Shown piece after piece: positions 20,209 to 30,003 of a DNA stretch of 52,270 nucleotides. Location: positions 1-52,270 of the forward strand of contig JBHLLP010000025.1 in assembly GCA_048885525.1 (NCBI GenBank), given 5' to 3'. The position numbers and the translations under genes were made by a program. Source of the DNA: Candidatus Hermodarchaeota archaeon (GTDB taxonomy: Archaea; Asgardarchaeota; Lokiarchaeia; Sigyniarchaeales; SOKP01). The first letter of the stretch is position 1. Each line of letters begins with the position of its first letter. Below the pieces are notes generated by a model. It did not search any database and was not told the DNA's origin. It saw only the letters and a program-made list of their open reading frames with translations.

Positions 20209-21513
20209 ATGAAATTAGATTATGGAAAGGAAGGTCTTGAGATAGAACTTGATCCAGATTGGAATCTAACAGTTTTCCAACCCTCAGAGCAGAAACCATA
20301 CAATAATCCAATTGGAAAAATTAGAGAATCAATTAATAAGCCGATAGATAGTTTAACTCTCAAAGAAATTATTAAAAATAAAAAAAATTTAGAAAAAGTG
20401 TGTATTGTCGCAAGCGATGCTACTCGACCAGTTCCTTCACATCTAATTCTTGAAGCATTAGTAACTGAATTAAATGATTGTGGAATTAAAGATAATAAAA
20501 TTTTAATTTTAATAGCCACAGGACTGCATCGTACTTCCCGTGAAGATGAATTAGAACGAATTCTTGGAAATAATCTAATTAAAAGGATTAAGACAATTGA
20601 TCATATAGCAACTGATGAAAATTCAATGATCGATATAGGAAAAACAATTGATAATCATCCGATTTCAATAAATAAATTATATTATGAAGCAGATTTGAAA
20701 ATTCTAACTGGATATGTTGAACCTCATTTCTTTTTTGGTTTTTCAGGCGGTCGAAAGTCAATAATTCCAGGAATTGCAGGAGCAGAAACTCTCCAAAATA
20801 ACCATTCTGCTGAAAATATTGCATCTCCTTATGCTAGGTTTGGGATTTTCAAGGAAAATCCACTCCACAAAAATTCTATTGAAATTTCAAGAAAAGTAGG
20901 AGTAGATTTTATTGTTAATGTATGTATTAACGAACACCATGAAATAGTTCAAGTAGCCTCTGGAAATTTTGAAAAAACTCATGAAAAACTTGTAAATTAT
21001 CAGTTGAAACATATCTTCAGAGAAATAAAAGACCCATTTGATATAGTAATATGTGGAAACGGAGGATATCCCCTTGATCTTAATTTATACCAAGCTGTAA
21101 AAAGTATGGCAATTGGAGAAATGGCGGTAAAAAAAGGGGGATCAATCATATCTGTAAACGAATGTATTGATGGGATTGGAATTGGACAAGAAAAATTTAA
21201 GGAACTAATATTTTCAGGAATATCTCCTCAAATAATCTATGAAAAGATTCTCAATAAAGATATTATTGTTCCTGATCAATGGGAAATCCAAATCCTCGCT
21301 CGTGTTCTTATGAAAGCTGATATATTCATAATATCAACTTTAAATGAAAATGAGATAGGCAATATAGGCTTGAAGTATGCAGAGACTGTTGAAGATGCAA
21401 TTGATATTTGCTTAAAAAGGCATGGAAGGGATGCATCTATTCTTATTTTGCCCAATGGGCCTCAAGTGTTCCCATTGTTGGGTTCAAAAAATAATAATAT
21501 AATAAAGCCCTAA
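20209..21513 (+). CDS. larA: Nickel-pincer-dependent lactate racemase family protein
   Basis: SDATRP, IATGLHR, EPHFFFGFSGGRKS, GGYPLDLNLYQAVK, DQW. Confidence 0.92.
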   Translation: MKLDYGKEGLEIELDPDWNLTVFQPSEQKPYNNPIGKIRESINKPIDSLTLKEIIKNKKNLEKVCIVASDATRPVPSHLILEALVTELNDCGIKDNKILILIATGLHRTSREDELERILGNNLIKRIKTIDHIATDENSMIDIGKTIDNHPISINKLYYEADLKILTGYVEPHFFFGFSGGRKSIIPGIAGAETLQNNHSAENIASPYARFGIFKENPLHKNSIEISRKVGVDFIVNVCINEHHEIVQVASGNFEKTHEKLVNYQLKHIFREIKDPFDIVICGNGGYPLDLNLYQAVKSMAIGEMAVKKGGSIISVNECIDGIGIGQEKFKELIFSGISPQIIYEKILNKDIIVPDQWEIQILARVLMKADIFIISTLNENEIGNIGLKYAETVEDAIDICLKRHGRDASILILPNGPQVFPLLGSKNNNIIKP

Positions 21514-21755
21514 AAAAGCTATTTTCTTAATTACTATATTATATTGTTTTTAAACAGAAATTACACATTTTTTCTCACACTTATATTCTATAAATCCCAC
21601 TAAAATCCCCGTTTTTCGCACGTTCGTGGACAAATCACACTTTTGTATAGTTAAATATTTATATAATGAAGTAACTTAAATAGACATAGTCAATAAAAAA
21701 ATAATTTACAAAAATATAAAGATTATAATTTAAAACAGATATTAATTTAAACCAA

Positions 21756-21797
21756 ACTGATCACTATAATCACAAAAATACGTACTTATTGATCAGT
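21756..21797. promoter_or_regulatory. Inverted repeat ACTGATCA-N26-TGATCAGT upstream of tfb
   Basis: Perfect 8-bp arms, between a putative TATA (TTTATATA, 21658) and the ATG. Confidence 0.4.
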
Positions 21798-21857
21798 AAC
21801 AATATTGATTAATAACCCTGTAGACGTGAAAAGCTTAAACAAAAAAAGTGAAGAGAT

Positions 21858-22787
21858 ATGAGCTATAAAGAGAGACTACGTTCAACGAAAACAGATTCTG
21901 AAAATGTAAGTTGTAAATCAGATGATATTTGTTGTAATAATCCTTGTATTGAGTCAAGAGATGGAGATAATGTTTGCCTTAATTGCGGAATGATTGTAAG
22001 TAGGAATTTAGTCGGGAATGAACGACGTGCGTACACGGTTGAAGAAGTAAATAAGAGAAGACGTACTGAACCAAGGTGGCGGGAATTTGGACCAAGAACT
22101 ATGCTTCCGAACACTAAAATTGATTCTAAAGGAAGACTTATTGGAGCTAAAGGGAAAACATTATTCTCAAGATTATCCAAAATTCAGAATTCGTTAATTT
22201 CAAGTATAGAACGAAATTTCTGGGAAGCTAAACCAAAATTAAAGATGCTTACTTCCAAGATGAATATTCCTGAATATATCAAGGAAACTGCTTGGAAAAT
22301 ATATAGTGTAGTAGCTAAAAAGAAATTAACTATGGGAAGATCGATTGATGGTTTCATTGCTGCTTCTTTATATGCTGCAATTAGAGTGCATGAATTCCCC
22401 AGATTACTTGAAGAAGTATGCGAAGCATCAATGACTCCAAGAAGAACTGTACACCGTTCCTTGGGGATGGTTGTTAAAGAGGTTCTCCCAGAGCTGAATT
22501 TGAAGTATAAACCAATTACTGCGGAACAATTAGTTTTTAGATTCGGTAATGATTTAGGTTTACCAATGGAAACCCAGAAAAATGCTATTAACATGCTTGT
22601 AGAAGCTTCGAAAAATGGATTATTACGAACTGGTAAGGATCCTAAAGGATTAGCAGCAAGTGTTATTTATATGGCAGCAAAAGCTTCGAACTGTAGGAAA
22701 ACACAGGCGGAAGTGAGTGATGTAGCAAAAGTTACTGAGGTTACTTTACGCTCGCGGTCCAAACAGATAAAAAGCAAGCTACAATAA
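21858..22787 (+). CDS. tfb: Transcription initiation factor IIB
   Basis: N-terminal Zn ribbon (VCLNCG), ERRAY B-reader, GRSI and GKDPKGLAA cyclin repeats, TQAEVSDVAKVTEVTLR. Confidence 0.95.
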   Translation: MSYKERLRSTKTDSENVSCKSDDICCNNPCIESRDGDNVCLNCGMIVSRNLVGNERRAYTVEEVNKRRRTEPRWREFGPRTMLPNTKIDSKGRLIGAKGKTLFSRLSKIQNSLISSIERNFWEAKPKLKMLTSKMNIPEYIKETAWKIYSVVAKKKLTMGRSIDGFIAASLYAAIRVHEFPRLLEEVCEASMTPRRTVHRSLGMVVKEVLPELNLKYKPITAEQLVFRFGNDLGLPMETQKNAINMLVEASKNGLLRTGKDPKGLAASVIYMAAKASNCRKTQAEVSDVAKVTEVTLRSRSKQIKSKLQ

Positions 22788-22798
22788 AGATATTGAAC

Positions 22799-22828
22799 AA
22801 TCTCGAGCAAGGAGATTAATTTTTTTTT
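22799..22828 (+). terminator. Hairpin plus T-tract terminator after tfb
   Basis: AATCTC-gagcaag-GAGATT followed by a T9 run. Confidence 0.55.
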
Positions 22829-22993
22829 CCTTTTTTAATTTTTTGTTTGCATAATTTTATTTATATTAAAGATTTTTTTCTGATTTCTAATTATTAATTT
22901 TTAAGTTTTAGAAAATTTAAAAGACAACTGACAACAAAATCTTTATATAATTAGGATTAAAGTATACAATAAAATCAAAAATAGTAAGAAGTA

Positions 22994-24202
22994 ATGGATA
23001 TTATTGAGCTTTTTCTAAGTATTTTAAGTGTTATAATTGGTTATTTTTTAGGCGCAATTTTACCTGCGTTTATTTTTGGTCAGTATAAGGGTATTGATAT
23101 CCGAGAAGAGGGTACGAAAAATCCAGGGACTGCGAACGCATTCAGAGTATTAGGCTTATCTTATGCTATTCCAACTGCATTATATGATACCTTAAAAGGA
23201 TTGTTAGCTATGTTAGTAGCATATAGTTTAAGAGTAAATTTTATATTCTGGCAATTGAGCGGAATTGCAGCTATAATAGGGCATATTTTTCCATTCTATA
23301 TAAATTTTCGAGGTGGTCAGGGCGTGGCAACGGCAACTGGTTTATTACTATTCTATTTGGTTAGTTATATTATGACTAGTCTTGAAATTTTTTATGTAAT
23401 GCTTTATTTAATAATACTAGTTGTAATTTTTGCATATGTTTGTAATATCGGCACTCTTTTATCACTAATTACATTTCCCATACTTGGTTTTGCTGTTTTT
23501 CAGATTTATCCTAATAACCCTTTTAATCTCTTTTTTGTATTAGTTCTTATTCATATTGCTTCAATTGGGCTTTATAAAATCATCAGTGAGAAGAAAATTG
23601 TCATTGAAGATGAAGAATTTAAAGCTTCATGGTGGCGCGTTGCTATAAGGCCAGTAGCAATTCTTTTTGTCCTTCATTATATTGTTAATCCAAAAGTGAC
23701 CGCATTGACACTAATTGGCTCGGTGGCTTTAGTTTTTATACTAGTTGATCTAATGCGATTTATTAATAAGCAGACAAATATACTCCTAACTGAAAAAATC
23801 AGATCAATTTTTAAAAAAGGTGAAATCAGTAAATTTTCCTCTATGACGATATTTTTAATTGCTGGTTTTTTTAGCATAGTATTATTTGAAAAAGTTATAG
23901 CTATAACTGTGTTGATATTTCTTATATTTGGAGATATTTTTGGGAAAATATTTGGATTAGCCTTCGGGAAACATAAGATATTTGATAAAACAGTCGAAGG
24001 AACGCTCGCATATGCTGGTGGAATACTCATCTGTGGATATTTCATATTTAGTCTTTTTGATATACCATTGTTGATATTAATCTGTGGAGGATTCATGGCG
24101 CCTATTACAGAGCTTTTTTCATTTGGAATAGATGATAATTTCTCCGTTCCTTTAGTAACTGGAGTGGTAATGACTGTTGTGAAAATTTTCCTTGGAATTT
24201 AA
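22994..24202 (+). CDS. PlsY-like glycerol-3-phosphate acyltransferase fused to a SEC59/DGK1/VTE5-type (CTP_transf_1) domain
   Basis: N-terminal DIREEGTKNPGTAN, DTLKG, GHIFP...GGQGVAT; C-terminal GD...G...KTVEG...E...DDNFSVP. Confidence 0.85.
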   Translation: MDIIELFLSILSVIIGYFLGAILPAFIFGQYKGIDIREEGTKNPGTANAFRVLGLSYAIPTALYDTLKGLLAMLVAYSLRVNFIFWQLSGIAAIIGHIFPFYINFRGGQGVATATGLLLFYLVSYIMTSLEIFYVMLYLIILVVIFAYVCNIGTLLSLITFPILGFAVFQIYPNNPFNLFFVLVLIHIASIGLYKIISEKKIVIEDEEFKASWWRVAIRPVAILFVLHYIVNPKVTALTLIGSVALVFILVDLMRFINKQTNILLTEKIRSIFKKGEISKFSSMTIFLIAGFFSIVLFEKVIAITVLIFLIFGDIFGKIFGLAFGKHKIFDKTVEGTLAYAGGILICGYFIFSLFDIPLLILICGGFMAPITELFSFGIDDNFSVPLVTGVVMTVVKIFLGI

Positions 24203-24293
24203 CTAAATCTTCAACATAGAACTCTAATAATTTCTTTTTCTTTTTGAGAAAAATAACATTATATAGGAATATTATTATCTTCTCTATAGATTA

Positions 24294-25040
24294 ATGAGCT
24301 ATATAGAAAAGAAATATAAGGAAAAGATCTTCGAAATATTTGAAGAATTACCAACTTTAGAAAACCAATTGATTGAACTATTAGAAAGAAACTCTGTCAA
24401 GGTTGTGGATGAAGTAGCTCAAGTTTGTGCTAAATTTAACAAAAATATTAATCTAATTCTTAAGAAATATTATCCTGAAATAAAAGAGTTGAAGGATAAA
24501 CTCGAGATTAAATCGATATTAAAATTTTATTACGATTTAATCGATAAATTGACAGATTTAGTTCGAAATATTGAAAATTTTCAAAAAATTGATCAGGAAT
24601 ACTATGAGAAACTAATAGAGTTTATAGATGATAAAAAAATTTTAATAAATGGAAAATATAGGGCAATATGTTCGCAAGAATTAACTGCTTTTTATGATCC
24701 AGCATCAAGGGCAAACTTAGAGAAAATAATATCAGAAAAATTCTTGTCGAGAAGTAAGGAGTATTTTACATTTGGTCATTTAGAAGAAGAAGTTAAAAAA
24801 ATTGCTAAAATTGCTGGTGCCACTCAAGTTTCGATAGAAAGCGTTGATGCTTCAATTAAAAAGTACTTAAAATCAGCTAAATCCGTTATAAAGTATTCTG
24901 TATCTAATGAAAATGATCTCAAGACACTGGACAATATAGGAACGGAACTACGACGGTTTTTAATATCAAAAAATTATGATGCAGTAGTAAAGTTAGGGAT
25001 AATTATTACAGATGCACAACTACTTTCAGATAAAATTTAA
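24294..25040 (+). CDS. Hypothetical helical protein
   Basis: 248-aa ORF with no recognised motif. Confidence 0.7.
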   Translation: MSYIEKKYKEKIFEIFEELPTLENQLIELLERNSVKVVDEVAQVCAKFNKNINLILKKYYPEIKELKDKLEIKSILKFYYDLIDKLTDLVRNIENFQKIDQEYYEKLIEFIDDKKILINGKYRAICSQELTAFYDPASRANLEKIISEKFLSRSKEYFTFGHLEEEVKKIAKIAGATQVSIESVDASIKKYLKSAKSVIKYSVSNENDLKTLDNIGTELRRFLISKNYDAVVKLGIIITDAQLLSDKI

Positions 25041-25057
25041 AAAAAAAGTGAGGAATT

Positions 25058-25585
25058 TTATTTAAACGTTAGTATAAATAAAGACCAAGCAGATATAAGA
25101 TCAATATTATGATCTCCTTTAGCTATTATACTTACATCATGGGGACCCGCAGACATAGTTGAATTATAATGTTGCATTACTACAGAAAACCGGATTCCAA
25201 AACCACTTACTAAGTTATATCTCCAAACGCGACGATAAGGAGAATTCCAAATAATACCATCAACTTTAAATCGAAATTCAATGTAAGTATTTGTAATTGA
25301 ACTATCATCAAAAAGTACAAGTCCCTCAAAAGAGAAGTAAACAGTTTCTCCCTCAGTTAAATTAAATTCAATATTTAAATAAGAGTCTGGGGTCCAGGCC
25401 TCACTAGCGGGTATGTAAACTCCTGGACCCTGCTCATAATATTGGTTTGTGCTAGGAATACTAGTGGTTGTAGTAGGAGGTGCCAAAATAAATTTATCTA
25501 CTATAAAATATCCACCAAAACCAAGACTAATAATTAGAGCTATAACACTTAAAGCTCTTCCACTACCGTTTCCCATTTCTGTCAA
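25058..25585 (-). CDS. Membrane-anchored extracellular beta-rich protein
   Basis: N-terminal TM, PPTTTTS linker, beta-strand-rich domain with NxS/T sequons. Confidence 0.7.
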   Translation of the reverse strand: MTEMGNGSGRALSVIALIISLGFGGYFIVDKFILAPPTTTTSIPSTNQYYEQGPGVYIPASEAWTPDSYLNIEFNLTEGETVYFSFEGLVLFDDSSITNTYIEFRFKVDGIIWNSPYRRVWRYNLVSGFGIRFSVVMQHYNSTMSAGPHDVSIIAKGDHNIDLISAWSLFILTFK

Positions 25586-25722
25586 CTCGGATAGTTATTA
25601 AATTAAAATTTATGTATAAATGATATAGCTTTACTTTTTTTTAAATTTTTATATTAAGTTTAAATTTATTGAATTGCAGAAATAATTAATAAAGGTGATT
25701 TAGATCTTAGATTAGTAATGAT

Positions 25723-26901
25723 CTAAGGTTCTAAAGGTGGAAGAGGTGGAACTTCAAAATCATTCCATTTATGTTCCACTGGATAATCCCACCAATGGAC
25801 AGGAATATTTGAATAATTTCCGTATTTCTCGACTCCTCTCTCGAAAGCTTTAATATTTTTTCGAGGCATATTTAAATCCTTAAAGTCAGCATAAAAGTAA
25901 GCACCATATCCCCCATTTTTTGTACCGAGATTCCTGACCATATGCCAAACTTCTCTTTCTATTTGGTCAGGGGTACCTAAAGGATAAAGAGATTGAATAT
26001 TGGCGCATGCCCAGAACATAATTTTCCCCCGATATGGCCTCAAATCAGGGTATCCACTCATTCTAGGACTATCAAGCTCAATTGCATCTAATCCCCAGTC
26101 AATGAAGACTTCTAATAATGGATCTATTTTTCCACAACAGTGCAGGTGAACATCAATCCCAAGCGAATGAGCCTCATCGATTATATATTTATATGATGAT
26201 TCGTAAAGTTTTCTAAAAATTTTTGGGCTAAAGAAGGGACCTTTTTGCTCTCCTAAATCATCTGTTAGCCAAATTCCATCCGGATTTAATCCAAATTTAA
26301 ATGCATTTTTCATACATCTTACATGATAATCAGCTACTATTTCGAAGGCTTTTTGTAATTCTTGAGGGAATTTTTTATGATCAAGTAAATAAGTACTAAA
26401 GCCTCTCATTGCAGATACAACTTGTGAAGGACCATGTAAAGCATACACTAGTGTCAGATACATATTATCACTAAGGTTCTGCTTTGTATTTAAAGCAACT
26501 TCAAACCTAGTTTTATCATCAGCATCAGGAGTATATTTTTCAAAATAAGTATCAAAATCATCCCAATTCAATAAAGAGGGTCTCCCTGGGTGTCCTTGAT
26601 CCATATCATAACCTTTCATGTTCCAAATACAGCCCCATTCATCAATTTCTTCATGTGGGATAGTTCTCCATTTGGTCCCTTCAAATTTTGGATTATTTTT
26701 AGCCCATTCAGGTTTTTCCCAATTGTAAAACCCTCTAACATGAGGAAATAACCCTTCTTCCCCTTCGTTCCAGCCAGGTTTCCAATGTTTAGAATGAGAA
26801 AGAGTTAAAGGTCCAACATCTCCTAATAGACGATCAAAAATAGGCACTTTATCGGGAGTTTTGAAATGGATTGCGGCTCGAACACGTTCTTTTGAATTCA
26901 T
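25723..26901 (-). CDS. Uroporphyrinogen decarboxylase / MtaA-CmuA superfamily protein
   Basis: MNSKERV, DEWG, DDLG...SP, HLHCCG motifs. Confidence 0.85.
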   Translation of the reverse strand: MNSKERVRAAIHFKTPDKVPIFDRLLGDVGPLTLSHSKHWKPGWNEGEEGLFPHVRGFYNWEKPEWAKNNPKFEGTKWRTIPHEEIDEWGCIWNMKGYDMDQGHPGRPSLLNWDDFDTYFEKYTPDADDKTRFEVALNTKQNLSDNMYLTLVYALHGPSQVVSAMRGFSTYLLDHKKFPQELQKAFEIVADYHVRCMKNAFKFGLNPDGIWLTDDLGEQKGPFFSPKIFRKLYESSYKYIIDEAHSLGIDVHLHCCGKIDPLLEVFIDWGLDAIELDSPRMSGYPDLRPYRGKIMFWACANIQSLYPLGTPDQIEREVWHMVRNLGTKNGGYGAYFYADFKDLNMPRKNIKAFERGVEKYGNYSNIPVHWWDYPVEHKWNDFEVPPLPPLEP

Positions 26902-26996
26902 AAAATCTCCCTTATTAGATGTTATGGTGTAGAAAATAATATTACTTTTTATAATAAAGTATATAATTTTTATAATATTATATCTGATGATTTTCT

Positions 26997-28472
26997 ATGG
27001 CTAAAAAGAAAACAGAAGCCCCTATAACTGGTATAACAGTTTCAAAAGAAGAAGATTTTTCTGGTTGGTATACGGAATTAATCAACAAAGCAGAGTTAGC
27101 TGATATTAGATATAATATTAAGGGTTTTGTTGTTTATAGAGAATGGGCTACACTTACAATTAGAAAAATGTATAAAAAGACAGAAGATTTATTAGAAAAG
27201 AAGGGACATCTCCCTTTAACAATGCCTTCTCTCATTCCTGAATCTAACCTTATATTGGAATCTCAACATCTTGATGGCTTTACTCCTGAAGTATTTTGGG
27301 TCACAGAAGCGGGGAGTTCTGGGAAATTGTCGGAACGTTTGGCATTACGCCCCACAAGTGAGACTGCTCTTTACCCAATGTATTCTTTATGGATAAGAAG
27401 TTATAAAGATTTACCATTTAAGAGATATTTATCATGTCAAGTGTGGAGATATGAAGGAAGAATGACAAGACCATTCTTCAGAGCTAGAGAATTTCATTGG
27501 ATTGAATCACATAATGTATTTGCCACAATGGAAGATGCAATGAAACAAGTTAAGGAAGATATGGAAACCACTTATGAAATTCTTCAAGATGAATGTTGTA
27601 TCCCAATAATCTTTTTTCAAAGGCCTGAATGGGATAAATTTCCAGGAGCAGTTCATACCTATGCTGCAGATGCACTAATGGGATCTGGAAAAGTTCTACA
27701 GTTACCTTCCACTCATTTATTAGGCCAAATTTTTTCAAAACCATTTAATGTAAATTTTGTAGATACGGATGGACAAGAGAAATATGGATATCAGACTTGC
27801 TATGGGCCTGCTCAGAGTAGAAACTATGGTGCTATGATCGCATATTTGGGTGATGATAAAGGCTTGGTATTACCATTTGATTTAGCACCAATACATATTA
27901 TAATTATTCCTATAATCTATAAAGGAAAAGAAAAGTTGGTGCTGGAAAAAGCAAATGAAATATATAACATCTTCAAGGATAAATATACGGTTAAAATTGA
28001 TGATTCAGACGAATCAGTGGGAAATAAGTATTATTTTTGGGAACTAAAAGGTGTACCTATTAGAATAGAAATTGGACCACAGGATATAGAAAAACAGCAA
28101 GCAGTTGTAGTTAAAAGACATGATGGTAAGAAGTTCCAGATCAAGGAAGGACAGTTAAGAGAAAAAATTGACAACATTGCTGCAAATTATACCAAAGAAA
28201 TTAAAAAAAAATCGTTAATTGATTTTGAGTCTCAAGTTGAGTGTGTCTATGAAATAGATGCTGCCATTGCAGCTATTAATAATGGAAAAATAGTCTGTTG
28301 TGGATTCTGTTCAATTGACATGGATGCGTATCATTGTGCGGAAGTAGTTGAAAAAGAGATTGGGGGTCTTGTTCGTGGAAAGAGAGTGGATGAAGAAAAG
28401 CATGAGTTTGCAACGTGTTTAGTCTGTGGAAAACCAGCAAGTTGTACGATTTATATTGCTAAAAGCTATTAA
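26997..28472 (+). CDS. proS: Proline--tRNA ligase (archaeal/eukaryotic type)
   Basis: FSGWY, LRPTSET, WRYE...PFFRAREF, HLLGQ.FS, GVPIRIEIGP, terminal AKSY. Confidence 0.97.
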   Translation: MAKKKTEAPITGITVSKEEDFSGWYTELINKAELADIRYNIKGFVVYREWATLTIRKMYKKTEDLLEKKGHLPLTMPSLIPESNLILESQHLDGFTPEVFWVTEAGSSGKLSERLALRPTSETALYPMYSLWIRSYKDLPFKRYLSCQVWRYEGRMTRPFFRAREFHWIESHNVFATMEDAMKQVKEDMETTYEILQDECCIPIIFFQRPEWDKFPGAVHTYAADALMGSGKVLQLPSTHLLGQIFSKPFNVNFVDTDGQEKYGYQTCYGPAQSRNYGAMIAYLGDDKGLVLPFDLAPIHIIIIPIIYKGKEKLVLEKANEIYNIFKDKYTVKIDDSDESVGNKYYFWELKGVPIRIEIGPQDIEKQQAVVVKRHDGKKFQIKEGQLREKIDNIAANYTKEIKKKSLIDFESQVECVYEIDAAIAAINNGKIVCCGFCSIDMDAYHCAEVVEKEIGGLVRGKRVDEEKHEFATCLVCGKPASCTIYIAKSY

Positions 28473-29964
28473 GAAATATTTAAAATTTTTCGTTTTCTTT
28501 TTGGACTATTTTCTTAATTCTTTATCATTTTATTAAATATCATTCTCTTTGTTTTTATTATGGATTGCTAATAAGATATATCAATCCATCCGCTAATGTC
28601 CCTCGCCAACAAATGATATCATGACCACCAGCATATTCTACATATTTAACTGAGTAGCCCTTACTGAGTAAAACATCTCGAAAGTGTTGATTTGAGAAAA
28701 AAAGAGGGGGTTGTCCGTGTAATTTTTCTCTGCTTTCATAAATACCAACTTCTAAATAAAAATCTAAAGGAACTTTCTCTTTTTTCACATATTCCCCAAT
28801 TAAATATTGCCAATTCCAAAAATAAGGATTTAATTTTGGATCCATTTTTTCAGGGTACCAATATGCACCAGATTGAGATAGAACTTTACCAAATTTATAG
28901 GAATACATTAAACCTATGTAAGAAGCTGCTAAAGCACCTATACTGGCACCTCCAACAATTGTTTTTTCTGGTTTATTAGTTATGTTGTAGTTCTTTTGAA
29001 GATATGGGTGTAGTTCCTCTCCTATAAAGAAAGCAAAATCAGGATTAGCATTCAATTCATAACTCCGAGACTCAATATGTTGATAAATGAAAACAGCTAT
29101 AATTGGCGGTAATTTCTTTGAATAAATCAAATTGTCAAGTATAATAGGTGTTGGGATTAGGTTTGGATCATTATACGCAGATCCATCAAATAAAAATAAA
29201 CTAGGATATGGACCAGATGAAGCATTGTAATTTGGGGGAAGATATATTACTATACTAAATTCTTTCTCAAATTTTGTACTTTTCAATTGGAATTTTTCTA
29301 AGGTTCCTTTCGGGATATTATCTTTTTCTTCTATCCACGGCTGTGAAGGGGCATCTGGGAGTTCGAGTATAGCTTGTGTTTGGTTAAACATTGTAATATT
29401 CTTTTTATTCAAAGGGTCACCCTTAAGAACTGGTGTATTGACGTCATTTGTAGGATAGAGAGGAATATTTGCTTTCTGTCTAGAAATTGCATATGTAGTT
29501 CTGGTTTTATTTAGATAGAAAATCGATTTATAGTAAATATTAGTTCCTTGTATGCGTTTGAATATTCCTCTATGCGGAATAACACCTAAACTTCCGCTTA
29601 TCAAGAGAATTTCATCCGTCTCGGTATCTTCTTTGTATAAAAAAGTAACAAGCTTACAATTTGGTTCCTTTTCGACATGTTCAATAATTGGTGTGCCTTT
29701 TTCTTCAATTTCCTTCCAAAATTCATCAATGATATTCTTTTTATTAGCTGTTTTTTCTAAACTTTCTTTTAATTGTAATAATCGTGGGCTAATAATCTCA
29801 TCATTAGGTATAAATATCATGTAATATTGTGTTGTTTCATTATTTATAAACTTCTACTTTAATGTAAAAATAGAATTCGCCTATAAAAAGTTGTATTATG
29901 GTTATCAGATTTAGATTGGTGAAAAACCAGCAAGTTGTATGATTTTATTGCTATAAGTTATTAA
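28426..29964 (+). repeat. Degenerate direct repeat of the proS 3' end (28426-28472 and 29919-29964) flanking the esterase gene
   Basis: gtggaaaaccagcaagttgtacgatttatattgctaaaagctattaa vs gtgaaaaaccagcaagttgtatgattttattgctataagttattaa (4 substitutions, 1 indel). Confidence 0.85.
28558..29820 (-). CDS. Enterochelin esterase (Fes)-family alpha/beta hydrolase
   Basis: FW...GTPIIE N-domain, IYLPP, FDG, GASIG nucleophile, SQSGAYW, GGHD..CW. Confidence 0.88.
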   Translation of the reverse strand: MIFIPNDEIISPRLLQLKESLEKTANKKNIIDEFWKEIEEKGTPIIEHVEKEPNCKLVTFLYKEDTETDEILLISGSLGVIPHRGIFKRIQGTNIYYKSIFYLNKTRTTYAISRQKANIPLYPTNDVNTPVLKGDPLNKKNITMFNQTQAILELPDAPSQPWIEEKDNIPKGTLEKFQLKSTKFEKEFSIVIYLPPNYNASSGPYPSLFLFDGSAYNDPNLIPTPIILDNLIYSKKLPPIIAVFIYQHIESRSYELNANPDFAFFIGEELHPYLQKNYNITNKPEKTIVGGASIGALAASYIGLMYSYKFGKVLSQSGAYWYPEKMDPKLNPYFWNWQYLIGEYVKKEKVPLDFYLEVGIYESREKLHGQPPLFFSNQHFRDVLLSKGYSVKYVEYAGGHDIICWRGTLADGLIYLISNP

Positions 29965-30003
29965 TTGAAACTATAGATTTTTATTCATATAAAATCATTC
30001 TTC

